Notes under the pieces: generated by a model
Databases searched by the model: none
What the model was told of the DNA's origin: nothing
What the model saw: the letters and a program-made list of their open reading frames with translations, nothing else
Assembly: GCA_964035545.1 (NCBI GenBank)
Contig: OZ037773.1
Location: 6,601,751 to 6,665,750, forward strand
Direction: 5' to 3'
Length of the DNA: 64,000 bases
Origin: Bugula neritina
Lineage: Eukaryota > Animalia > Bryozoa
Shown here: in pieces, positions 26,131 through 47,800 of the stretch
Layout of the letters: each line of letters opens with the position of its first letter
Numbering within the stretch: the stretch's first letter is position 1
Translations under genes and position numbers: made by a program

Positions 26131-27399
26131 AAAATAACTAATGTTTGAATACCAAAATATATAGAGTATTGGGAGAGATATTTAGTATTATAACATCAGA
26201 ATAATACCCAGTGTATTAATTAAGATATATAAAGTTAAAACATGCAGTGGAAAAAGGATTTCACTTCACATTACTGTTTTTTATAAAAAGTCTAACAATA
26301 TTATTTTTTTATTATCTCAATTTATAAAAGCACATTGAAATGTCACGTCCAGAAAATAGAAGATCGGAATTCAGAAGCTAAAAGACAAATATCATGTTTT
26401 ATATTTTCAGCTACTGTTTCACTAACATATTGAGCTTTATTATACTCATTAACTTCTAAAATAAACATATTCACTTTTCAAATAAAATAAGCCTAGGTCA
26501 AATGTTTAACTTTATGATGCCATGCAATGCAATACATACAGCACAACACTATATACACACAATATAACACAATACAATACTTCCCGTACATATACAGTTA
26601 TATATGTGCACTATGCAATACAATACTACACAGTACTTAACTATGTTATATATGCACAGCACAGCACAGCACACATATAGCCTATATGCAATACAATATT
26701 ACACAATACAATACAATAGAACATACTATCTTTTCATATGAAAGTCAATATACAAAAAGGAAGCTTTTTTGTTTCAACATAACATTTCGAATCTATCCAC
26801 GCCCTAGTTTCTGTTAGGGAGCTCACAAAATAAACAAGATTCTAAAGTTCGTCAACCTATAGAAAAGTAAGTACTATATTATAATAAACTCCAACAGCAT
26901 TGCAAGTTAAAAGTTACTAAGGAAAATCGAAGATATTTTAAGAAAGTTTTGCTGAGGTAAAATTGCTTACATTAGCAACAATAATGTGGTAATAAATATG
27001 GCACAAAGACTATACAACACTACCATGCTGTGGTAGCTCTGTATTGCTGACTTTAACATACGTATTTTCGGCTTTTGCAAACTTCTTAAACATATATGGC
27101 ATAAACTTTAGAGTATACTTTCACTTTATTTAAGCTTATAAATGCAGTTTAGAAAAACCAGACATCATATCTGACTTTAGTAGTTGTAGTACCATAGACA
27201 AAATGGTTTAACATTATCATTACTAGTTAATGTTAGTGCTCTGCTCCAACACTTGACCTTCGGAGTAACTGATTGGTCTTAGCTGCTATTACATGATAAA
27301 AGTGCACAGCATGCATTAGTAGTGGTTTGCCTCAATAAAACTATGACTTCCTTATCATTTACAGCCTGTAGCTTATCCTGTTATCCTGTAGAACTGACC

Positions 27400-28498
27400 A
27401 TGGATTCACTACAGCCAGTACTACTGCTGCTGCATTATGTCCTTCTGACTCTCATATCAGCAGAGGACACATTGTGGCTCTGTACAGGGAAAGAGTCTGA
27501 GTATACTGCAAGGGACTGTGACGTGGATAAGTATGACACGTATGCCTGTTACTTCGTGGAACACTTTGTCCAGTATAAACCTTGTAATGACATATGTGAC
27601 AAGGCAGCAGTGAGATCATCCATGAGTATGAAATGCCAGGCCTACTGTCCAGGTTGGTGGTTAGTTTACAGGTTCATAAACTGTTAACTTTATACTATTA
27701 CTAACTAAATCATCCACGATCCAAATAGGTTAAGGACTATAAGTATAAGTATAGAAGTATATATAGCATTATCAGTCATCCCCAAACTCTTACTTTAGAT
27801 TTTAGAAATATTATATAATCGATAATGTGCGTCAACTCAGCATTTAAGCTGACCATAAAATTTTGAGAATACTAATAAACTATATATACTATGTTTTTAT
27901 TGTAAAAGCCTTCCAAAAGCAATCTAAATTTTTGTTATTTCCTATATTGGAATTACATTTTATTAGTTAACTTGCTTTTGTGTATGGTCTATGGTCAACT
28001 TATTATTTCACCAACTGCATTATGAGGTACTTTAACCATGTGGCAGTTATCATGTAATGTATAGCAAGTTATGTGAACTTTAGTAGACACCAACAGATTC
28101 TAAAACTGTTCAGCTAATAGTGAGACACTAAAAGTGTCTTCTGCTAAAGCTGGTTGCCTAAAGAATAATATTTGTTTCCACAGAATATATGAGGAAGAAC
28201 TGCAGACTGAGGGAGGCAACTTCACAGCCTCCGGCAACCACCGCTGTCAGCGAGTCTTTACAGGCCGCTGACAAAGCTTACTTGGAGGTCAACTCAAACT
28301 TGAGTAAGGGAGAGAAGCTATCGCCTGTCTCAGCAAACATGCTTGTAGTGATAGTTGCAGGGCTCTCGGGGTTGGTTGTGCTGGGAATGGTCATAGTAGT
28401 TGTGGTTCTTGTACTATGCAGAATATCAAAGAGACGACTACAGAGTTCTGACTCCAAGCAGCACCAGTTTTATGAGGTGCAGTCAGCTCCCTTGCAAG
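27400..28498 (+). CDS. Type I membrane protein with one cysteine-rich domain, paralog B (3' exons unresolved)
   Basis: Exon 27400-27652 nearly identical to 21009-21261; exon 28184-28498 (EYMRKNCR, stalk, TM MLVVIVAGLSGLVVLGMVIVVVVLVLC, tail ending SAPLQ|G). Candidate further small exons near 29148, 29508 and 30079 could not be fixed. Confidence 0.75.
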
Positions 28499-31400
28499 GT
28501 AAATTTATTAAGTATTGATTAAAGTAACTTAATCCTGAGTAACAGAATGATTATTCAAGGTAAATTTTATCGCCCTGGGAAAGCAACTTACTTTAGTTCC
28601 CCCACAATTATATAGTATTTGTTCTGCAATGAATATAAAGCATTAGTTTCATTCAATCTTTTATTGACACGAATAAACAATGAGAAACACTGTAGGCTGA
28701 TAGTTTCCAAAGTATTATGTTCTATAGTAAATCAATACATCGATTGACTGTATGTTGAGTTAACTTTTTATTTTCTAAACTAAGCATTCTCTAGTTACAT
28801 AAAACCTAGACTGAAGTTTCGAATTACCTTTTGTCCAATTATTATTCTTTGGAAATTAACATGGAGACTTATATATTGTATCTTTCAAATGCATAACTTC
28901 CTCAATGATTACAATATTAGTTATCATTTACCTATCCCTTATATAATTTAAAAAGTACCTTACACCAATTACTGGCAAGGGAATTTCCCTATGTCGCCAC
29001 ACAGCTACTCGGTGTGATGCAGTAGTGCAATAAGAATATTATGGTGAAATCTTTAACTATGTAGCAACTAAAACAGAAAATGGATTACTTTTGTTTCAAG
29101 TTTTTTTACTAGCACCTTAAGCTTGCTAGGGGATGGGTAGATTGCAGATAATATTAGACTCAGCCGTAAGTAAATATAACAAAGTAGTGTAGTATAGTGC
29201 AGGTAGTAGAAATAGTACAGCTATACAGCTATAATGATAGGCACTCATAATGTAGGAAGAAAGACTTGGAAATGGGCCAAGTAAGCTATTAAAAGGGTAT
29301 AACGTGTCTAATCTGCTGGGTATTATTTATAAGTATATTATAATGAAAGGCTAGAGAAGTAGTATAATTGTACTAGCTACGCCATTATAGTGCTAACAGA
29401 TGCAGCACATTATAAATGTGTAGTTATCAAAGATAGATAGAATTATATATTAACTAGATAATAATCAATAATGTGCTTTTGTCTATTATAACACTCTTCT
29501 CTTTAAGTGTCCACCCTCGAGATAACCCTTAGTGGTAAGAGTTAAACTGCCTCAAACCATGCTAAAATGGTTTGAGGTCTTTTACTATGACACATAATTG
29601 GATGGATTTCCTGACATCACCAGCAACATACTTAAACCCATGACTACTCTGTAACCACTATAAACCATTGTTACTCCCTTTCCTTGTAAATTATAAGTCA
29701 GCTTTGTATATATTAACTAACTAACATGACAGCATCGTTAGTATTATTTTTACATGTATAATACCATGATGTTTACATTTCACGAAATAAATTACTTTGT
29801 CTGAAAACATCGATTACGTTCTCAGAAAATATGGCATAGTGCCAAGAGGAAAAACTGTTTGACATTTCATGATAAATGTAGCTTATAAAAACAGACTCTC
29901 GGACTGATAGTTATGGTGACATTTGAACTCATCATCTTGTGATAATCTAGTCAGGGCTTCCATAGTACAGTTTGTCATATTGTGGTGATACACCACCCAA
30001 CTATGAAGTAATAGCATAATATGTATTATAACTGTATTAATAATATTACTATATGATGGTATATAATGTTGGCTTCAGTTACCATTGCAAGACTCGCTCC
30101 ATTATATCTCTGATTCTCAGAATATTTTGAAAGCAGATATTTCTTAAATATGTACATACTTTAGATATGTGCATGCTTTAGATAGATATAAATATATTGA
30201 TAATAGTTTCAGAGAAGGACTATGATGGCTGCAGTGTTTATAAAATGTCTTTCCAAGTAGAGTTTGAAGGAGATGATGATAAGAATGGTGAGCTTTTGTT
30301 ATATAATAACATGGTATGTGCCTGCTATGTTTTAACATTCCTATAAGATATTGTTTAGAGTTAAGACTTTAGACCGTAGCCTAAATCTGTATAGTCTAAA
30401 ATCTTGAATTAACTTGTCTTACATGCTTATACACTCTATTGTTTGGTATTTTCAAAGTTCAAAGTTTAAAAAGAGTTGCCAAGAAAAAATATTTATAAGA
30501 GTAGTCATGGAAAGAGTTGCTTCAACTTTCAAGTATTTGGTTATCATTAACAATGTGGGTGGAATGTGGAATCCATAGATATGGTAAATTGAGCTGAAAT
30601 ATTTTATACAAAAGAGTCACATTTTTAGGTGATGAAACGTGTCATATTATATTAGAGTATTGAAGCGCAAAATTTTTTTATAGAAAAAGCTCTACTAGAT
30701 AACTCTGCCAACAAACTAAAGGAGATGAGTTAAGGGGAATAAAATAATATTTATTATTGGCTACAGAGATCTTCAAACAAAACGGAAATAAAAAGTTCAG
30801 TTGTAGCCTTATTATTCAGCATCTTTTCTAAAATTTGGTTAAAACTTTAAAGAAACCCAACTTGTGTGACTGCTAGCTCATTATTAAAGTTTTACGTTTA
30901 TAATTTCTTTGCTTCACACAGTTTAGTTCAGGAACATTTACTCCCCGGTGTACAACATTATTTACAATGTTCAATCTTTTGAAAAAAAAACATATTTTCA
31001 AAATTAGATCTATCAGCTAAAAATAATATTACATATACCAATTTTAGCCTATGCATGTTTTGTAAAACAAATTATACTTTTAGAGTAGAACAGTTAGAAA
31101 TAGAGAAAACATAAGCTTTTTATTTTTGCCAAGGCAATATACCTGTGCAGCTACTTGTTGTTTTTCTACATTCAATGGCACCTTTGCTTCTTGTTCCAAT
31201 CTGTTAGCTATACATTATAGTATGTGGGAATAAATTTTAAGATCAAAATTTTTGTCTTTGACACTCATATTACAAAATAATGTATAGGCATGCAGTAAAA
31301 GTTATATTTTTACCAACTATATTGCCGTAACCTTTCTTTCACGTTCGTATAAATGGCGAGGATAGAGATGTTGCCAGGGGATGTTATGGAGGTTATTCTT

Positions 31401-32222
31401 TATTAGTTGTTGGTTATCAATGAAACTGTTTAAATCCAATATGAAGCTTTTGTGTCACTCGTTTCCTATCAGGATACTGACCCCAAATATTTTCAATTAT
31501 ATAACTGCTAAACAATTTTTATTTTTATATAATACTTTTTAAAACCTGTAAAATTAGTATTCTAATTACCTGACAAGTTTAATCTACCAATTTATATACA
31601 CGTATCACATTTTTTATACCTAGAAATTGTTAGGATATCTTTTCCAATATGATTATAAATAATTTTTATCAACATATGAAATAAAGATAGTTTTGTAACA
31701 TAGAATATGCAATATACATATATAATGCAACACTGTAAAATGTTGTCATTACTTATAAGAAATAGGTTGAGGAATGTAAATTCTATAACAGCCCACGAGT
31801 CAAATGCAAGGTAACCGAGAAGGGAAATATAACACACCAGAACTCAAAGGCTACAAGCTGAGATTTTAGGCTATTGTATGCAAATCTATCTATCTTTGAG
31901 GAATACTTCACCAGATTACAATTATAGTAAAAAGTATACTCAATGTGCCTAACGAGATGTGATCGTATGGCAAAATATACTACTCATTATTGTGTGACAG
32001 AAAAGTTAACAAGGAACCTTTTCTTAGCCCAACACTACACAGAGTGAAGGTTATAAGCCAGTGAATTTATTTATTACAAAGTATATCAGGGTTAAACTGT
32101 TAATGTTGAATTTGACATACACGAACAATAAAATTATAACTATAATCTACAAGTATTGTAATACATAAAGTCATAAATTCCCATAAATATATACAGTTAG
32201 ATGACCATCAGTTTCGATAGCC

Positions 32223-41061
<8,839 letters not shown>

Positions 41062-41270
41062 AGCTTTTTCTTGTTATAGTGATCTTGCAGTGAATAGGGA
41101 AACTCCGCAGTAAATAGACGTACTCCGCAGTGAAGCGACTGAACTTGAGTGAGTGGGTAAATTCAAGGATTTTGTTTTTGGGGTGTTCATAATGAGGAGA
41201 CAACTCTTTAAACGTATAATGTTTAAACCATTGAACTATAATTATAGTTTCAGTTCAGTGGTTTGAACAA
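41062..41270. promoter_or_regulatory. Putative bidirectional promoter between SMU1 and the InaF-motif gene
   Basis: Divergent start codons ~700 bp apart; duplicated ACTCCGCAGT motif (41102, 41122); donor-like GA|GTGAGT and GG|GTAAAT at ~41149-41160 suggest a short non-coding first exon on +. Confidence 0.45.
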
Positions 41271-41767
41271 AGAATTTAAATGTAATATCAACTCTAATAT
41301 TATTTTATGCATTTATTTATTTATTGCTTGTAGCTTTTGTTATGTTAATATTATGTTTCATGATTAAATTAATGAGCATTTTTCTAGAGTATTCTTAGAC
41401 CTGCAGTCGATTAACTACTAATTATTGATTGGTGCAGAAAGCATCTGCTGCAGTACCCTTGAGCTCTACATATTATATGCACACAAGAACGTAATCTACG
41501 ACTTCACCATATGTATAGTTGAACCTATAAACTTGCAGGCTTATTAGACACATTAGCACATAATTGTAATGAACTAGATTTATTTGCACGTATATGCCAG
41601 TATACATTACTGAAGCTACAGTATCGCTTACCGCAGCTAGGTTCATTTATCGTGAAGTTACTATTACATTTTTATTATATAGATTCAATTTCTACAAGTA
41701 TATTATTTAAATTGAACAAGTAAAAAGTTTATGGAAATTGAAATAAACTACTATAGAACTAGTAAAA

Positions 41768-41998
41768 ATGGACACCACAACTACTAATAATGTTAATGGA
41801 TTAAACTCAAATCACAAGAAAGCGCAGATAGGCCCAACAGACTCTCATTCATCTATGCTAGCCAATGACAAGGATGTGAAGAAATGGTATAGACTGGCTG
41901 TGGTGTTTCTCTATCTGGTCAGCGTCTCACTGGCCTCCATCGTTCTAGCGATATATTACGTTGTGTTCTGGGATCCTCTCCTAGAATATGACAGGTAA
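41768..41998 (+). CDS. InaF-motif-containing small membrane protein (INAFM-like, putative TRP channel regulator family)
   Basis: KKWYRLAVVFLYLVSVSLASIVLAIYYVVFWDP matches the InaF motif (KW.RL..V..Y..SVSLA.I.LA.YY...W.P); good AAAAATGG start context. AG|GTAAAA overlapping the stop may allow a spliced extension. Confidence 0.85.
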   Translation: MDTTTTNNVNGLNSNHKKAQIGPTDSHSSMLANDKDVKKWYRLAVVFLYLVSVSLASIVLAIYYVVFWDPLLEYDR

Positions 41999-44863
41999 AA
42001 TGATGAATATTTTATTCTTATTTTAATTTATAGATAATATTTATTATAAATGCGATTCTCGTCACCCACGAAAGACCACTAAGTGAAAACTGACCATTTT
42101 ATAATTAATGTGATATTTTATTTACCTCTTGCACTTACATACAGAAAACATTATGTATACATGAAAGCATTCCGAAAAGTGCAAACAGCTACTTCAATTT
42201 GTCAGCTCTGAATATCCAAGTTTTAAAAATAGCTTGTTTTGTTGGTCTCAAACACATTTATTGATACAGATACTTTGTAGTTACAGGCTGATGGTAGATA
42301 GATTCCGTGTAGTTCATCATGTTTTTACGGGATCTAAATCAAAACTTATCTTTCTCACCTAGTCCGGGATGGGTGACGGTGCGATTTAAACCAAAATCAG
42401 TTTTTCCAAGTTTCTACCAAGTGTATCTCTTAGTATAAAGAATGTTGCTTTCTGTGTTGAAGGTTCAACCAGGTCAACAATTCTGACGCAGCCAATCAAA
42501 CACTTCAACACAGCTCTGGTCAAGACTTCTATACGAGTTCTTCAGTGCAACCAGCATCTAACATCACACTTGATTCGGACTTGTAAACTTTGCTGTCCCA
42601 CAGCAAATAAGTGCATTGTATGTATACCCAGCACATATCCTATATCAAACAGTATATTCCATATACTAAACAATATCATATTCAATCATGTCATTTACCT
42701 TATCATATCATATCATATATCGAAACTTCCATTCTATTCAAATTTACTGAAATACTGTATATTTTAATGATAAACACTACTTAATGTTTCAAAAACTATA
42801 ATATGACTAATACTTTACAATAAGTGAAGAATTTTCACAGGAACAGTTTCTCTGTTATAAAAAAGTGGATATATTCAAAGATAGTTTTTTATTTTGTAAT
42901 AAACATGTTTGGATATCTTTTACAAAAATAGTAAATTTTTCTTGCGTAATAAATCTTGCTGATCAACAGCAAAGTATTTGCTAGATTTCTTCTCTGCACA
43001 AACACAAGATGGTTGTACGTTACGACATGATGCTATAGCCTAAGAAACCACAGCCTATTTTTAATATGTTAGTATGGCTAACTGTAATTGTAGGTAAATG
43101 TATTATAGTTACTTTATAATCTTATAAATCTTATTATTATTTAATAAAAGAGAGTTCTTTTAAGACTATTATACAGATATGATTTTGTATAGCTGTATGG
43201 TATATATAAATATAGTAATAATCTAGTCCCTTTAATAAACAAGCATTATAAAAACTTGAAAGCAGAAAATTATCTAATACATGCTATAATAATATGATTG
43301 CTATAAATTTGTGCAAACTTGCATGAATATTAAATAGATGACACATACATTCTATAATATAATGTATAATTATATTACTGAGGCACATAAGATGTACTCT
43401 TTTTAGACTATTGGTTTTATATTATCAGTGTATTATATTAGATGTCTTTTCACACCAACTATAGATATCAAGTATATTGCACATCCCTTCAAGACAGAAT
43501 CTTGTTTTCTCAAATATAATAGCTTTGTGGGCATGAAGTCTTCCTAATATGAACATAAAAGAGTAGACACAGTAATCTCTTGCAGGTATAGGATACATCT
43601 CAGACTAAAACACTTACAGTTATCTGCAGTAAAATCAATACTTCTTCGCATACAAGCCGTATATTCTAGGAGCTTGGCCAGAGTTTTAAAGCTATACACA
43701 TATGTGAACTAGGGGCATTCCCTAGCCCACCCCAATGGTTATTGAAGCTGATGCACGACTGTTTACAATATAATATGATGAAGGAGTTTGGCAGAGCTAC
43801 ACTGACCGAAATTGACATTTCAATCAATAATTACCAGGAATACAGTTGAGTAATACATACTCTGTAGGCATAGATACACTGTGATGAGCTGTAGGAAGAA
43901 ATGCCAGGCTATATGATTAGGTGTGGGTTTCTCTCATTAGCTCCATTAGTATTTGTTTACTAATAATTCACATACATTGCATAACTTGTTGAAAAACACA
44001 GTTCATTACCTCTAGACATTGCTGTGCTGCCGAATGACTACAGATCTTCTTTAAAGGCTTTGAGAAGAGCTAAACTGTTGAGTCAGTGGTTATTCTCTGA
44101 AGATCTCATCAGTTTTTGCAACAAAAGCATTTCTAAACAACCATGACCACCGACTAAACTTAGAGTATCTATGTTATTGAATACATGTACATGCTTCATA
44201 TTTAGTGAAAATAAGTTGCTAGCACAACGTCCTAAATAAAATCTATACATGGCAGTTTATTTACAACTATAACAACATAATATCTTACACAACTGGTTTC
44301 AAGGATAAGAAAATATTATGGTAAACATGACAAAAAGGCGATTGTTTAATTACAAAAATATAACTGGAAATAATTGTCTATGCAACAGTGCAGGAATGAC
44401 ATAAACAACAATATCATTATAAATAGCGTGCATTTACATTAGCATAACAGAAATGCAAGTCTCAAATGTGAGCTGTAAAGCAAGACTAAAAAAGGGGAGA
44501 CAATTCCATCCCATTTATAAACTCAAAGAGAAAAGCATTGTCAGATTAATGAATTATACATAATAAGAGTTCTATTAAAAAACATAAGCATCTGTTGAAA
44601 AAGTCGCAACCTAAATATGTTACAAAATACATTGTGAACAGATTTGCCGTGATTATAATACATTATGCAGACAGGAAATTACATCATCGTATCACAATAG
44701 TCTCAGAGATGACGTAACAGATCTCCATAACCGCAACTAGCAACATCCAAAGCAAATCAGTGATGGCACAAGAGATCATTTTAAATACAATTGGAGAGGA
44801 GAAGATGGAGGAAGGAAGTGCTGATCGGTTGCCATAGAAACCGTCACCATGGAGACTGACTTT

Positions 44864-47800
44864 CTAGTCGTATAAGTTAACTGACACAGCTGTCTGAGGA
44901 AATGTCATGGAAAGAGTGTCCTTCAGGTATTCCGCTTCACAAGAGTCAACATCTAGCCTGTGGAACACATTATACAGGCGTGGGACACATAGTAGGAGTG
45001 TGGAACACAAGCTATCATTACATGAAATAGGCCGTAAACCACTGCTTAACTAATTCATATCCACTTCCCAATAAACCACCATTCCATAATGTCACTTTAT
45101 TTTATAAATAAACTTAGTTTCAAAATTAACAGTTGAAAGTATTTCAACATGGAAATTAGCAAGCTGGTCACAACTATCTTGTCACCAGCGAGTTTCAACA
45201 TTAATGTCACAAATGGTTTGAGTGACAGATGCTAGGCCTACGTCTACGGAATACTAAAATAAAGGTATTGTTTTATGGTAATCTAACAAAAACCAATGAA
45301 TGAATGCAATTTCTATCTGTTTGCAAATTTAACAGTCACCGAATTTCGAAAGTACTCCGAGACACAAAGTATACACACTCAGCTTCTAGTGAAGTCAAGT
45401 GAGAAGAGCTGAACAACAACTAGTCACATCCTGTCAGCTAACAACTACACAGCAGCAGCCTGGAACACCTGCTGGCAGATGGCATTCAAGTGCTGAGCTC
45501 AAGCTGACACTGTGACACCAGTGACTACTTGTATACTACATTTCCTTTAAACTAAATAATGAACGCAGTGGACTCACCTAGAATATGATAGCTTCAGTTC
45601 TTCAACTTTTGTACACCTCTTGAGCACACCAGTTAACTCAGTGTCCACGGTCTACAAAAGTATTCAACTAATGCTAATTTTTGAGTGAAATTATTACTCT
45701 CAATACAGGGCGACACAACTCCTTATGAGAAACACAAAGCAATGTTTACTACAGTGAGCATGTTTAAATGAAAGTATGATTTTACTCACAAGTGCAGATT
45801 AAAGAAAAACAAATGTTGGAAAGGGGAGAGGAGTTAGAATGGTGGAAGGTAAGACATATATGCGTATTTACAAACTTATCTTTCCATTTCACACGCAGAC
45901 ACACTAACTCACACACACGCATGGAAGACTGTATCTTATATTATTAGCAGTTCACATACTGACAGTGTGAGCAATGCATAACCAGCAACCCAGCAAATGA
46001 AATTCACTCAGTTGATGTACAGACCATAACAACTGCTCAGTCGGTGTTATATAATTTGTAGGCTAAACTCAAACTCATACTAACATAGCCAGAGGTTCTA
46101 GAAATAAAATAAATATGGGGGAGTCAGCCCACCTTTTCGTCCTCGCTCATCATCCCGGACTGAGAGGCAGCGACCTTAAGATCCAGACGTCGCAAGGCAT
46201 CAGGGTTGGTGAATGCCATGACCTCCACTATCTTCAGTATGTGAGGCGCTGAGAATTGCTGTAGAGATAAATGAGCTAAGGAAGGGCTTGTGGCAATGCT
46301 ATCGAGAAAGAATTCATCGTCGGAAGAAATTCCACCAACCAGATGGAGGGAGGTGAGATTGGGAAGGTTGAGTATTCGCTTCAGGTGCTGTTGATATAAT
46401 AGACAATAATATATATAGAATGGGGTAATTATTATATCTATATATAGCACAGTGCATGGCGAGATAGCCTGGACTATCCAACAAAACACATGCAATAGAA
46501 GTGGAACACATAATGCAGAAGAGGAAAGTTGCATATTGGATGCACATCCAAGTTTGAACACTCATTTGGAATGTATTTTTACATATTGAGAAGAATGAGC
46601 AGAACTTCTCAGTATGACAAAGAGTGTTGAAAAGGCTTTAGCATCCAGAAATTATGGCCACATGACAATAAAATATTGCAAGAACATATATGATAAAAAC
46701 GATTATGGAATAGCGTAGATTACCTGTGGAGAGAGCCAGCTGCTGCCTTCTCCTTTGGCAGCATCAGCTGACACGGTATTCAGGGAAAGAACGTAGAGTG
46801 AGTTCAGGTCAAATATGGCTTCTAAAAGGGGCTCGGGAGGGTGGAAACCAAACCTAGGCAGCCGCTGTAGAAAAGAGGATAACTTACTGATTATATAACA
46901 ATGTGAATGAATAATTTGATAATGTTACAAGATATCTATAGCTACACTGGCATTCTAATAATTTTTGGTTTAACATGTTGTAACATAGTTAACAAAATCT
47001 AGAGATCACTGCAAGTGAAGGTTAGTTTTGAGAGTTGTCTGCTCAAAAATACTCAATTTCTCAGAGAGAACACAACTTTAAACTAGAGAATTATTTTACG
47101 GTAAACCAGCTTTTAGCATTACCAGTTATGTTATACCATTAAAATGGTACAGAAACTAAATTAATTTACCAGAACAGAAATTAGCATTCAATTTCAAGTC
47201 ATTTGATAAAACAAAACCAATTCAACATCAACTAAAAAGATATGTAGATTAAGTAAATCTACAGCTAGAAGAAAGATATTGTAGTCAATAGATTTACATA
47301 AGAAACTGGTAAAAATTTACAATAACCTTACATAAGGCTCAATCGTACTTTCATAATGATTTGCTTGAAAGTTATTTTGCTTTCTTTCATTACAGAAAAA
47401 TATATCCTTCTAGTCCAGTAAACAATGTCAATTTGAATAAGTAGATTCTAAAACTTGAATCTATTTAATGATACAAGAAAATGCTGAGGGGGGGACTTTT
47501 TAAACAATAAAATATGTATTTATTGTTCATACTGATCAAATATTTACATATTATACTAATATATTTATTATATTGAATTAAATTGATATATTTATTATAT
47601 TATTGGCATAATAATTCTATTTATATATTTAACTAATATATTTATTATAGGCTTTGCTACAGGAGCAAACAAATCCCACAATGCCGTGGCCTAGCGTGTC
47701 ACAAAGCAGTAATAGACTTACCAGCTGTTTCACTTTTGCTCTCTGTAGAAGACTAGTTAAATGAGGAATAGCTGAAGGTGGGAGTATACAATAGGAGCTA

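Noticed and set aside
29951-29965. TCAGGGCTTCCATAG, reading LWKP-stop on the minus strand like the SMU1 C-terminus
   Set aside because: Only ~14 nt match with no flanking similarity; may be chance.
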